NCBI GenBank assembly: GCA_907165135.1
Contig: OU015568.1
Location: forward strand, 5,146,001-5,210,000
Source of the DNA: Oikopleura dioica
Lineage: Eukaryota > Animalia > Chordata
DNA: 64,000 nucleotides
Reading direction: 5' to 3'
Of this stretch, positions 1-11,832 are shown piece by piece. A program made the translations under genes and the position numbers. Below the pieces are notes generated by a model, which saw only the letters and a list, made by a program, of their open reading frames with translations, had not been told where the DNA came from and searched no databases. Each line of letters begins with the position of its first letter. Position 1 is the first letter of the stretch.

Positions 1-3000
1 GTTTTCTAGAGCGAAGTTGAGAGAATGAAAGGATATTGGTGCCCTTTATTTCGAGTGGATTTACCTTGGGATAGGAAAAAGCCTTTGTCAAGAGCAACGA
101 GTCGCAAAAAACTAATGAGGTCTTTTCGCTGCATGCAAGTAAGTGCCACTTCTATGCATTTCTGTTGCTCCTCTGCGTCGATATTCGACTTTTCAGGATT
201 CAACCCGGAGTTCGCTTCGATCGTTTCTCCGGAAAAGATGATCGGAACTAGAAAACTCTTTCTCAAAAGCTCTTCAAACAGATCTTACCTTTCGTCTTGT
301 CGATGAAATTCTTTAGCGCTCTCCAGAAGCCCTCGTCCTCGGAAAAGAGCAAATCGACGTTGGAGAAATAGATAAGCGTGTCTTTACTCTTCTCCGCGGT
401 TTTCATGGCTTCTTTGACTTTCGAAATTTTGAAGAAGTTTTGTATGGCTGTTTTCTTCTGCTGAAGGCGCTCTGATTGAGTTGCTTCACTCAGCGTTTCA
501 CGGAGGACAGATCCGCTTCGTTCTTGCCCAGGGTGGACTTCGATAACCTAAAAAAGAGAAATTAAGTTGCAAGAAAACATCTGGAGTCGTGGGACCTGAG
601 TAACAGGTGCGAAAGAATTGACTATCAATTATTTACGAATTGCCTAAATCGGAGCAGCGGGAAAACACCTGGAATATGCTGTATAAAACTGTCAAAAATC
701 CAAAATCCACACTCAAAAATAAAATGAAGCGAAGATAAATAAGAAAAATCGCTCTATTCCCTGAAATAAAATGGAATAGAGTGCTTTCTATAATTTATAA
801 TCAAGAAATAGTGGACGAGATCCAGGCTTACATCCGAGCATTGGCGCCTTCATAAAAATTTGTAATTACAATCAAATTTTTGATAAATTTCATTCAAAAT
901 TAAATTATTTTTAACGAAAAAAACGGTTATTAAAAAACCTATTCGACTCCAACAAGTCTTCTTTTGCTACCTTAAAATTGTATTCCTTCGCGCAAGCATG
1001 AACAAACGCGGCTTTTCCAAGCCCCGACATTCCAAACAAAAACACCGTCTTCGAGTCCGGTACATTTTCCTTTTCCAAAACATACTCTTCGTCGCTGCTG
1101 TCCGAATCGCTGCGTCGTCTTGATCCCTTCTTTTTGGTTTTCTTCTTCTGTTTCCCATTGTTCGACTGAGGGGCGACTGCTTCTGCTTTTGAACTTTGAG
1201 ATTGTTCTCGCCGCTTGTCAGCTAGGCAGCGCCAGTCGTACATCCATGAAGCTACTCGATTCTTGTCGCTGGAGTCTCCTCCGATGAAATCTGGCAGTTT
1301 TACCGGCTGGTATAGTCGGGTGAACTAGAATTTTAAATGAACATTTCGCACCATCATGAGTTCTATGAGAGCTCTTCTCTTGTTGGAAAGCTTAAAAAAC
1401 TCAACCAAAAAGTTCAGGTTTTCTCAAAAGAAATCTGTTGTAACTAACCTGAAGAAGATCGCTTTCCTCAGAAATGCCCTGGTTGCTCACTCGTTTCCAA
1501 TTCTCCGCCACATCCATGCTCTTATTCGCCTTTTGAATCTTCCCGAGAATCTTCTCAATATCTTCGTCGTTGATGATCAAGTTTCGTTCCGCCCGCTCAA
1601 TCCTCTTCTCCAGATGCAGCTGGAAATCGCCATCTTTTAACTCGCAATACTTTTTCCAGCTCTTTACTTTTTCATCTTCTTTCGCGTAAAAATCTAGTTC
1701 TTCTTTGGTAATTGGTGGCTCGGTCTTCTTCGCGGGTTGCTGGGGTTTTTCGTCGTCTGAGTCGATTTCGATCACTGGGCCATTTGAAGACGATTTTGAC
1801 GAAGATTTCGACGATTTGTTGGGCGTCTCCTTAGCAGTGTTCATGAGTTTTTTCAACCCATTGACTTTCACTGGCGTTCCGTTTTCAACGAGTTTGGCGC
1901 TAGAATTCCTCTTTGATGATGGAGTCTGGGCTTTGGAAGAAGTAGTAGAGGAATTTCTACGAGCTTTTGGGGTCGCTTTAGCGCTGGATTTGGCGAGTTT
2001 TGGGTCGAGTTTTTCGCGCTTTCGAGGGGGCGAAGGAGGGGATGGACTGGGCTCTTCGACTGGTGGCTTTGTTTCTTCAATTTTCTTGATTCTGAAAGGA
2101 GTGGATAAGGATAAGGGAAAGACAGGAGCAAATAAACTGACCTAGAGCTTCGTCGTCGAGGAGTACTTGCTGCTTCATCTTCTTGAATCGATTCAAGACG
2201 AGCTGGTTTGACAGCCTCTGTCGCCGAAGCTTTCCTCTTCTTTGACTTCTTGTTCGTTTCGGAAACTGGACAATCTGGCTTTGGAATTTCCTGCTCTTCG
2301 TCTTTCTCTGGTTCATTTTCTTCCTCTTCGTTGATGGGCGCGATAGCCTGCTTTTTCTGGCTTTTCTTTCTCTTGCTTCCTGAAGATTTCTTTTTCGTCA
2401 GCTTGATTTTTGGTGTTTTTGCTGTTTCTTGAGACGTGAAAACTTCTCCATCGCTGTCGGAAGATATCACTTGGCTTGTCGAAGATAAGAGATCGATTCC
2501 GTTAATGTCAGGAAGAGATTCGTTGAGGGACGCATTCGAAGAGGAGCGTTGAGGAGTCGGCGGTTTTGAAACTTTTGGTGAAAAAAGTGGAAAATTTTTG
2601 AGCACAGCAGGTTTTGGAGGGGTTTTTCGAGGAGTAATGGACTTTTTCGGCAAGGCTTTAATGGAGGGCTTCTTTTTAGAGGAGTCGTTTTCCGGCTCGG
2701 AGTCTGAAGAACTGATTTCGACGATTGGAGAGGGCGGGTTCCTTGGGCTTTCTGAAGAATTATTTTAATGGTAATTGAAGAAAATGCTTTTGCGACTGAA
2801 AATCCTTCTGGTTTTCAATAGGAGTTAATAAAACCTATCAGAGATGGTTATTTTTTTCTGTGGTGAATGAAAAATCTCCATTTTCGTAAACGGACTGATT
2901 TTCGAGCCGAGAAGGGTTCTTTCTTTAGATCTCAAATTGAGACTCAATATAAAATTACCTGTAGATAGATTTCTTGACTTGGTCTTTTTCTTCCCATTTT

Positions 3001-3085
3001 CTGCAGTTTCATTATTCAGATTTTTCTCTTTCAAGGGTTTGAAATAACCCAAAATCCCTTTTTTCTTTTCATCTTCTACTGCCAT
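1..3085 (-). CDS. ATAD5: ATAD5/ELG1 (alternative RFC large subunit, PCNA unloader); multi-exon, 3' end runs off the left edge
   Basis: Spliced translation gives a long Lys/Ser-rich N-terminus, then MFTRLYQP..SWMYDW, LFGMSGLGKAAFVHACAKEYNFK|VIEVHPGQERSGSVLRETLSEATQS and LIYFSNVDLLFSEDEGFWRALKNFIDKTKR. These blocks are colinear with recalled ATAD5 motifs (KYQP..SWLKDW; GKTAAVYACAQE..EVNAS..RSG..EATQS; ILFEEVDVIFDED.GF..AIK.F..TTKR). ATG at 3085. Confidence 0.85.
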
Positions 3086-3434
3086 TTTCTCTTTCGTTCT
3101 TTTCGTGTTCTTCTAAATCTTCATTTTCTTCACAGTCTGCTTTTTCCAGCTAAAATTTGTCACTGGAAATCAGGAAAACTCGCTTTTTGCAAAACTGAAA
3201 AAGCAAAAAAACGCGGGGCCCAATGGTTCGCCGCGCGCAAATCGTAGCGCGCTAACGGGGCAATCGGCCGTTTTCGAAAAGAAAATAACCGATCTAGAGA
3301 AAAAATCAAAAAGAAGGAAAGAGAAGAACTCAATTTCTGATAAAATCTTTGGGTCACTGAAAAAATTAATTTTCAATTTTCCTTATAATAATTATTAATA
3401 TGAAAAACATTAAATCAGTGAGGAAATTTATAGA

Positions 3435-6400
3435 ATGTCAGTTCCATCGCGAAGTCGACCCGGTGGCGAGCGAAATCGTCATCATCCCTACAACAACCAA
3501 AGCTCCTCTTCTTCGAAAAATGATAGAACCCAGTCATGTACGGTTTCAGTTGAAAATTTTTGATTTTTAAGAAATTTCTTCCATAGACGATACTTTCAAT
3601 AACGTCTCTTTTTAGCGGATTTGACGATGCATGAACGAACTTTTGAATATTGCCCAGACAAGCAGAAGAAATACAAGGCTACAGCCAAGATCGGACAGGT
3701 AAAAATGAAGAAATTTGTAGAAGCCATAAAGCGAAAGAAAGTTGTAAGAGAACGCTTAGAAAGAAAGGGTTTCGGTTGTATAATAAAGACGCGCTTTTTT
3801 TAAGGTGGTGGAAGTTTTCTAGCCCACTTGCGCCTTATAAACCCTAGAACACCATACCTTTTTAGAATCAGCAGGAAATTCTAAGAACTTTGACCGTTTT
3901 AGTTTTCGAAAATTCCACTTCCGGTCCGATTCTAGAGCCGGAAGTTGGCGAAATTTTGGAGTAATGGTAGTTGGTGACATATGAAATTAATGCTCAGAAG
4001 ATTTTGAGTCATCCTATAATCAAACCATCAGAAGAAACAGTCCCAAACGTGGTCAAACCGACCGGTAAAATGATGTAAAAAAGGCATAAATTGATGAAAT
4101 TTTTCACAATTTTAACCGGTTGGTTTGGCCGCGGTAGGGATTGATTCTTCTCTATATCGACAGGAAATCTTCTGGGGAGCAATTTGATAGGTCACACATT
4201 ACCTTAACTACTAAATTTCGTCAACTTCCGGCTCTAGAATCGGACCGGAAGTGGGATTTTCGAAAACTAAAACGGTCAAAGTTCTTAGAATTTCCTGCTG
4301 ATTCTAAAAAGGTATGGTGTTCTAGGGTTTATAAGGCGCAAGTGGGCTAGAAAACTTCCACCACCTTAAAAAAAGCGCGTCAAAATGAACTTCATTTCTT
4401 CAACCACATCTTCTTCACCACTCTCCTCTCATTTGTAGTCATTTAAAAGATATTTGATGAACAGTCGGCTATTATGAAAATAAAGCCGGGTTCGCAAAAT
4501 AAAAACTCTATTCTATGTCAAAATTCTCACGCAGCCGCTATTTCAGGGAACCTTTGGCGAAGTCTGGAAAGCAAAATGCACAGTAACTGGGCGAGTCGTC
4601 GCACTGAAAAAAGTTTTGATGGAAAACGAACGAGAAGGCTTCCCAATCACCGCTCTTCGCGAAATAAAAATCCTTCAAAAGCTCAAGAACGAAAATATCG
4701 TCGAGTTGATCGAAATCTGCAGAACGCGGCCAGATCATCGGACGAAAAAACGGCCAGAAATTCATCTAGTTTTCGAGTTTTGCGAACATGATTTGGCCGG
4801 ACTTCTCACGAACAAACAGGTTGAATTTGATTTTTCACTCCCTTTTCTTCATGAAGATTTTAGATGAATTTTTCGATCGGAGAAAAGAAAAAGGTCATCC
4901 AGCAGCTTTTCGAAGGACTGTATGTTATTCACAAGAACAAAATTCTTCACAGAGATATGAAGGCGGCGAATATTTTGATAAATCGAAAAGGGATCCTGAA
5001 GTTGGCTGATTTTGGTCTTGCCCGTCCTTTCAGGTTATTATACTGTTAATATTGATATTTATTACTATTGACTTGATGCTCATTGGCCTCAAAGAGTTAT
5101 AACTGCTAAAATCGATTCATTTTCTCGGTTAATTTTATCAATGTTGAACATAATTTCTTCAGCTGGATACTTCTTTCTGGTTTTCGTAAAATAAATTGAT
5201 CATCTTTTTAGCATACCAAAAGCAAGCCAGCCAAATAAATACACCAACAGAGTGGTAACCCTTTGGTACCGACCTCCCGAATTGCTCCTTGGTGAGCGAA
5301 ACTATGGCCCGGCGATTGATGTTTGGGGCGCGGGCTGCGTCATGGCAGAAATGTGGACAAGAACGCCGATTATGCAAGGAAAAGTGGAACAGGATCAACT
5401 TCAGAAGATTCAAAAACTTTGTGGTGGCATCAATCCGGAAACGTAAGAGCATTTTTAAATAATAAGGGAAGAGGCTTGTGGATTCAAGTTCAAGCAAGCT
5501 GCTTCTTCATTTTCTCGATAATAGTTGAGTATATTTTAAGATGGCCTGGTGTGGAGAAATTGGAACTGTATAAGAAACTTGTTCTACCAAACGAAGTCCG
5601 AAATTCCAGCCGAATCCTGACGCAGCGATTAAGAACGTATATGCCGGATAAAAATGCTTTAAATTTAATTGACCAGGTACTTTTGGAACTTTTGAAATTG
5701 CAGCACTTTCCCATGCAGCTATTAAACCGTACTGACGCGATAAACTACCGGTAGCCGAACTACGGGTGTCGCGGTTTTCTCTAATTGCCCCCTTAGTCAA
5801 CAGTTTTTATGCAATATAACCCCAAACTTCTCGCCGAGAAATCAAGCCAGAAAGTCAGCTTTTTCGAAGATAATTTGAAAAGCGATGAAGCTCTTCCAGT
5901 TCTTTCAATTCGTCCAGCTCGCCAAAGCGACTAGCTACTCCAACTGCGCTCCGCTAGAATCGCCAGAGAACGGCAAGCTCGAATGCTCGGGCCACCACTG
6001 CTCGGTGAAATGCGAGGAGGGATTTCTCCCAACTGGATTGAGGAAGATCAAGTGCCGCGGAAATCACAACAGCGGATATTCGTGGAAGAGAGAACTGGGC
6101 GGCTGCGGGACGTGTCAAGATCTCGCTCCTGGATCTGGTATTGTCAAGAGCTGCGACATCTCCAAGCACAACAAGCGTCGATGCCTGTTTTCGTGCGCCA
6201 ATGGCGATCCGATGAACAACGGTCAGACGCAGGTTGATGTTTTGTCCGCCGTTTGCCAGTGTCCCAAGTCCGATGTTTTTCCATTCACTTGTGATTGGAA
6301 AGGAAAAGGCGATTGGAAAAGCGCACTGAATCAAACAACTCTTGATAGCTTCACTTGTGGCAGTTTGACACCAACAACGACTACCACAACTACAACAACA

Positions 6401-8371
6401 GCTTCTCCAACATCATCAAGCTCAACAGCAGCAAGTTCTACCACTGCTGCTAGCTCAACTACAACAAAATCAACAACTACCACTTCTTCGACCACCGCAG
6501 CTTCCTCTGCCGCTACTTCTGCCTCCACAACAGCCTCGACCACGGCTTCTACCACTCCCTCTTCTTCAGCTGGCGTCGACAAAACTGCCTGTGTCCAAAA
6601 ACTTACCGAATACGGGCACAAGGACGCAGCCGAAGCTTGCGATGCTATCATCCGTCACAATCAATACCGAGCGAATCATAACTCCCCTGCTCTTGGAATT
6701 CCTTCCAAAGCCCTTTGTGATGGTGCTCAAGAATGGGCGAACATCCAGGCAGAGAGACGAACAGGAAGCATGGAGCACGCGTCAAGGGATCAGCTCGGAA
6801 GTAAGTCAAAAACAGTTTTGAATGCAATCCTATGATAAATCCTCCTTTAGGTCTCGGTGAAAACATGGCCTGGTCAAGCGTGAGCTCTGGCTACTCCATG
6901 TCTGACGGAACCCAAGCATGGCAATCAGAAGATGTCAACTACGACTTCTCTAACCACCAAGAATGTACTGCCGATAGCTGTCCCTCTTGCTCGAAGGGAC
7001 CGAACAATGCATGGTACGATTGTGGCCACTTCACTCAAAACATCTGGAAGAGTACCAAGTTCGTTTGCGTCGCCAAAGCAACAAATGAGGCTGGAACTTT
7101 CATTGTCGCTCGATACGAAAACGGAGGAAACATGCAGGGTGCTTACTTGGCGAATATTGATGGCAACGGGCCCAAGAATGGTCAATTCGTCGGAAAACCA
7201 TCCAGCACTGGAGCTATAACTACGGCTTCTGCTGCCTCCACGACCGCATCTACAGCCGCCTCTACCACCCCTACAACTTCCTCTTCTTCAGGCGGCGTCG
7301 ACAGAGCTGCATGCGTCCAAAAGTTGACCGAATACGGACACAAAGATGCAGCAGAAGCTTGCGATGCCATCATCCGTCACAATCAATACCGTGCAAATCA
7401 CAACTCTCCTGCTCTCGGAATTCCATCAAAAGCCCTCTGTGATGGCGCTCAAGAATGGGCGAACACCCAGGCGGCAAGAAAAACGGGAAGTATGAAGCAC
7501 GCGTCGATAGATCAGCTCGGAAGTAAGTCAAAAATGCACCAGCGGAATTACTCAGAAAATCGAGAAGCCGCTGGCGGCTCCTTTGAGTCTCAAACTCAAA
7601 ATATTGTCAGTCTTATCGGCTGATTCTAGCCATAGGAGCTTTTTCAAATCTTTCTTTAGGTCTCGGTGAAAACATGGCCTGGTCTAGCGTTAGCTCCGGA
7701 TATTCCATGTCCGATGGTACCAAAGCCTGGCAATCGGAAGACGTCTACTACGACTTCTCGAACCATCAAGAATGCACCGCCGGCAGCTGTCCTTCCTGCT
7801 CTAAAGGCCCAAACAAATCGTGGTACGACTGTGGCCACTTCACTCAAAACATCTGGAAGAGTACCAAGTTTGTTTGCGTCGCAAAAGCAGCTAACGAAGC
7901 GGGAACTTTCATCGTCGCTCGATATGAAAACGGTGGAAACATGCAGGGAGCGTACTTGGCTAATGTCGATGGCAACGGGCCCAAGAATGGTCAATTTGTT
8001 GGAAAACAATAATAAATTCTGCGTTTCTCTGTCCCAATTATCTAATAAAAAAGTCCCTTATTTTCAAAAATGTGTTTTTTTTTCTTGTTTCTTGTGGCAA
8101 AAGCCTCACTTTTATTTCGAGCTTTTTAATTCCCTTTCTTTAGCTTCTTACCTTGAAACCCGAAAATCGAATCGACTGCGACACAGCGCTAAATCATGAC
8201 TTCTTCTGGACAGATCCGATGCCAGTTTCTCTCGAAGGCACTTTGAGCAAACTCTCGTCCTCGATGTTCGAGTACCTGACTACCAATCCGCAGCGAAATC
8301 ATCACCAGCCAGCTCAAGCTTCAAGGCAAAATAACGCATCCCATGGCGGCATGATCGACCGTGTTTACTGA
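3435..8371 (+). CDS. CDK9: CDK9 paralogue A (P-TEFb kinase), multi-exon
   Basis: KIGQ|[75 protein letters not shown]; last exon 8144-8371 [41 protein letters not shown] introns include 3699-4546, 5443-5540 and 5677-8143. Confidence 0.95.
3788..4381. mobile_element. Palindromic MITE (family A, copy 1) in a CDK9-A intron
   Basis: About 200 bp near-perfect terminal inverted repeats (gacgcgc..taagg / cctta..gcgcgtc), loosely palindromic core, 3-bp flanks aaa/aaa; second copy at 23977-24566. Confidence 0.9.
5885..8012 (+). CDS. Secreted protein: sushi/CCP-like plus Cys-rich module, Thr/Ser linker, two tandem CAP (SCP/PR-1) domains; nested in a CDK9-A intron
   Basis: Signal peptide [15 protein letters not shown]; [21 protein letters not shown]; [29 protein letters not shown] and [11 protein letters not shown] each occur twice. 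In-frame GT-AG introns 6801-6850 and 7523-7659; stop 8010-8012 overlapping aataaa. Confidence 0.9.
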
Positions 8372-8708
8372 GATATACTGTGCCCCTAATCTACTTAATC
8401 ACCTTTTCTGCTTACATTTCTATTTTACTATTCTCTGTCCATCAGCTAGAAGTCTCCCTCAAAGATCGGTGATTTAACAAGTCATTTTGCCTGATTATCT
8501 TTATATCTCAAAGCCGCACGCGGCTTTTTGTGATTATCATCGAAGATTGTTTACTTCACTAGTCTTCTAAATATAATTTCAACGGTTTAAATTTTTGAAA
8601 TACTCCCAAAAACTTGTCACAGATAAATACAACATCAATCTATTCAAAATCGAAATCCATCAACCCTTTGTAAGTTCAGAACAAGGAAATCGCCCCCTGG
8701 TTCAGAAA

Positions 8709-10740
8709 ATGTCGATTGCCAATCAAGTGATGCCATACCGAACTCGCCCATCAAGACCTCACAACAACCACCATCATCAGCATCAGCAACAGAATCTTCC
8801 TTATGCCAGACCGCCTCAGAAAGAAACCCGATTCCCAGATGGAAACGCTCATCGCCAGAATGAGAAAAGTCGCCCTCCCTTCGTTCACAAGTTGAAATCC
8901 CCTGATCCAACGAAGTCAGGTAAAGCGCCCTTGTTCTTATGTCTGAGAGACGTAGCTCAATATTGCCGGAAAATCTCTGGAATATGGAGTCAATCAATTG
9001 TTTTCATCAATTTTTTCACCTACAAAAAATTGATTTTTTGACGCTAATAGAGATGAGTTACGATCCCAGTTTCAACCGTCAAAATCCCAACATAATGGGC
9101 GATTTGATGAAGGATATCACGGATTTTATGAAAATGAGAGATCGGAGTAATTCCACGGAAAAACGACAGAGAGAGGCAGATCATAGAATCCCGATTCCTG
9201 AAAAACAGAAGCCGAAAAAGAGACATGTTCATCATACAGGTCTCTTATTTGGCGCTAGAATCTGCTATGAGGAAGTTTTTTGACAGTCATCGACATTTTT
9301 GACATCGATAGACATTTCAGGACATCTACAGACATCCAAAGACATCATGAACATGATTTTCTAATCGACTTTTTAAGATAACCCCTCTATGTTCGACCGC
9401 GATTTCCCCCACTGCCCCGATCGTCGACAAAAGTACATGACTATCGCGAAAATTGGCCAAGGAACATTTGGCGAAGTCTTTAAAGCGAAGAACCAAGAAA
9501 CAGGTCAAGTTGTAGCGCTGAAGAAAATCCTTATCGAAAAGGATCAAGCTTCGGCGGGTTTTCCAGTCACTGCCTTGCGAGAAATCAAAATTCTCAATAA
9601 TTTGAAACGAGTCCCGACAGACAACATCGTCCAGGTACTTTTAAACCTCCGAAAAAATGAGTTGAAAATGCGTTTCAAGCTGATCGAAATCTGCAGAACC
9701 CGCTTCGATCCAAAAGAAGGGCGCCGACCAGAGATACATTTGGTCTTTGAGTTCTGCGATCATGACTTGGCCGGCCTTCTTCAAAACAAAAAGGTTTAGA
9801 AAGTCCATTCTTTGATTCTTGATACCATCTCGAGGTCAATTTTTCAATGGGAGAGAAGAAGAAGCTCTCCTACATGTTGTTCGAAGGCCTTTTCGCGCTG
9901 CACAAGAACAAAATTCTTCATCGAGATATTAAATCGGCGAATATTTTGATCACGAAAAAGGGTGTGCTTAAGATTGCTGATTTTGGACTTGCTCGCCCTT
10001 TCAGGTGAAAAATTAACAATTGCTCGATTATTTCAAAAATCAATGTTGACTAATTTTCTTTCTAGTTACCCAAAGCAAGGAAAAGAAAACCGCTACACGA
10101 ACCGAGTCGTGACTCTTTGGTACCGACCGCCAGAGCTGCTCCTTGGCGAGCGCAACTACGGCCCAGCAATTGACGTCTGGGGCGCTGGCTGCGTCATGGC
10201 CGAGCTCTGGACGCGAACTCCCCTGCTTCAAGGGAGCAACGAGCAGGATATGCTCGAGAAGATCCAGAGATTTGTTGGAGGCATCAACACTGAATCCTGG
10301 CCCGGCGTCGAGAAATACCCAAGCTTCAGAAACGCGCTTCAGGGAAAACCGATCACGAAGGAGAAAAGTAAAATATTCAAGAATCTTGGCCGGTACTTGA
10401 GAGATGAAAATGGACTGAAACTTGTTGAACAGGTGAATAGGGAAAAGAAACCTATTCAGACAGTTGTTTAGCTCTTGACCCTGAAGCCTGAGAATAGATG
10501 GGACTGTGACACAGTTCTGGATCACGATTTCTTCTGGACTGATCCCATGCCTTGTTCACTAGAAGGTACCTACCGGAAAGTCAATTGAAAATCTCCATTC
10601 ACAAATTCCTAGAAACACTTAGCAAACTTCACAAATCGCTCTTCGACTTCACAGAATCACTTCCTCAGCAAATGAAACACGCCCAGCATTCCGCCGCGAA
10701 AAAGCCCGCCTTTACCGGACTTGTCGATCGAGTCTTTTGA
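8709..10740 (+). CDS. CDK9: CDK9 paralogue B, with long N-terminal extension and divergent C-helix
   Basis: [77 protein letters not shown]-terminus GLVDRVF*; ATG preceded by gttcag. Confidence 0.9.
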
Positions 10741-11832
10741 TTCTCAGCAAAAGTTCATTCAATTCTTCGCTACTGTAGATTGTTGCTTCAGTAAAAACAA
10801 AATAACGAACATTAGAAACATTATTATTGATAATAAACTTGACAGATAAATCCTCAAAAACCGACTTTTTACAGAGTTTATTTACAAAACTTTACAAGCA
10901 GAGAGACAAGATCATATCCATTTTGGGAGGTTTCCATGGCTCTCTGATGCTCTAGAATTTTTTCTGTTGAAGCTTTTAAAACTTGTCCGTAACTCTTCGC
11001 CTTTTTCTTGGATGGCGTTTTTTACATCATCAATTCAGCGAAACTATTCATTGAAAACTTTGAAAAAACGCTGCCTTTGATTTCTTTTTGAAAGCAACTG
11101 TATATCATCCACCAGATAAAATATAAGATCACTAAAAGATCCTCCAGTTTAAATTAAATAATGATCAAATTATTGACCTGAACTTCCAGCAGTAAGATAA
11201 ATCGTTAAAATCGCCGTCTCTTTCATTTATTTTTCGTCTCTTTCGTTTTCGCGAAAAACAAACTTGTTCGATATTCTGTCGTTTCGCTAAAAGGGCCCTA
11301 AATAGGATTTTGACTCGCTCATTATTCTCTGTGTAGTCGATAGTATGACCTGTCTATCTGCTGTCCGTACTGACATTAGCAAGCGCATGATTAGTGGCAT
11401 CATGGCTGCTCAACAATACCTCGCAATTACTCTTTTTTTCGAGCTGCGATTTGTGCTTTGGTCAAGTATTTGGGGCTGCGTACCTTTTTTAATTCGAAAA
11501 TTTGCCTCTACGATGTTTTTTTTTTGGTTTATTGGAAGCAGATAAAAATCTCTTCCTTCTCAAAATATAAAATAAGCCGTCTTGCGAACTCGTTTTCTTT
11601 CAAAAACGAATAATTTTGAGTTAATCCCCATTCTCTTGTGGCAATGTCATTAGCTCTGCTATAGCCACTATCTTTGGAGAAGGCGAAAAACGAATAGAAG
11701 GGCGATTACAAAATCGATTATCTGCTAATATAGTGTCTGAATAAAATGGAACATTCTTGAAAAATGCAAAGGAGGAAATTTATTAAATTAGTTCATTTTT
11801 CAATAAGAATAAATCGTCAATCAATCAAAGAA

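Noticed and set aside
1705-2432. Long antisense ORFs over ATAD5, and similar ones over the CAP, CDK9, CPPED1 and TTBK genes
   Set aside because: Shadow frames of real low-complexity or codon-biased exons.
4141-4350. ORFs at 4141-4350 and 24327-24539 with similar translations
   Set aside because: Both lie in the MITE family A arm; the similarity reflects the repeat and there are no transposase motifs.
9283-9355. gacat repeats in a CDK9-B intron and gtcac/gacat repeats at 36530-36720
   Set aside because: Short degenerate repeats with no TIR or TSD that I could define; probably old repeat remnants.
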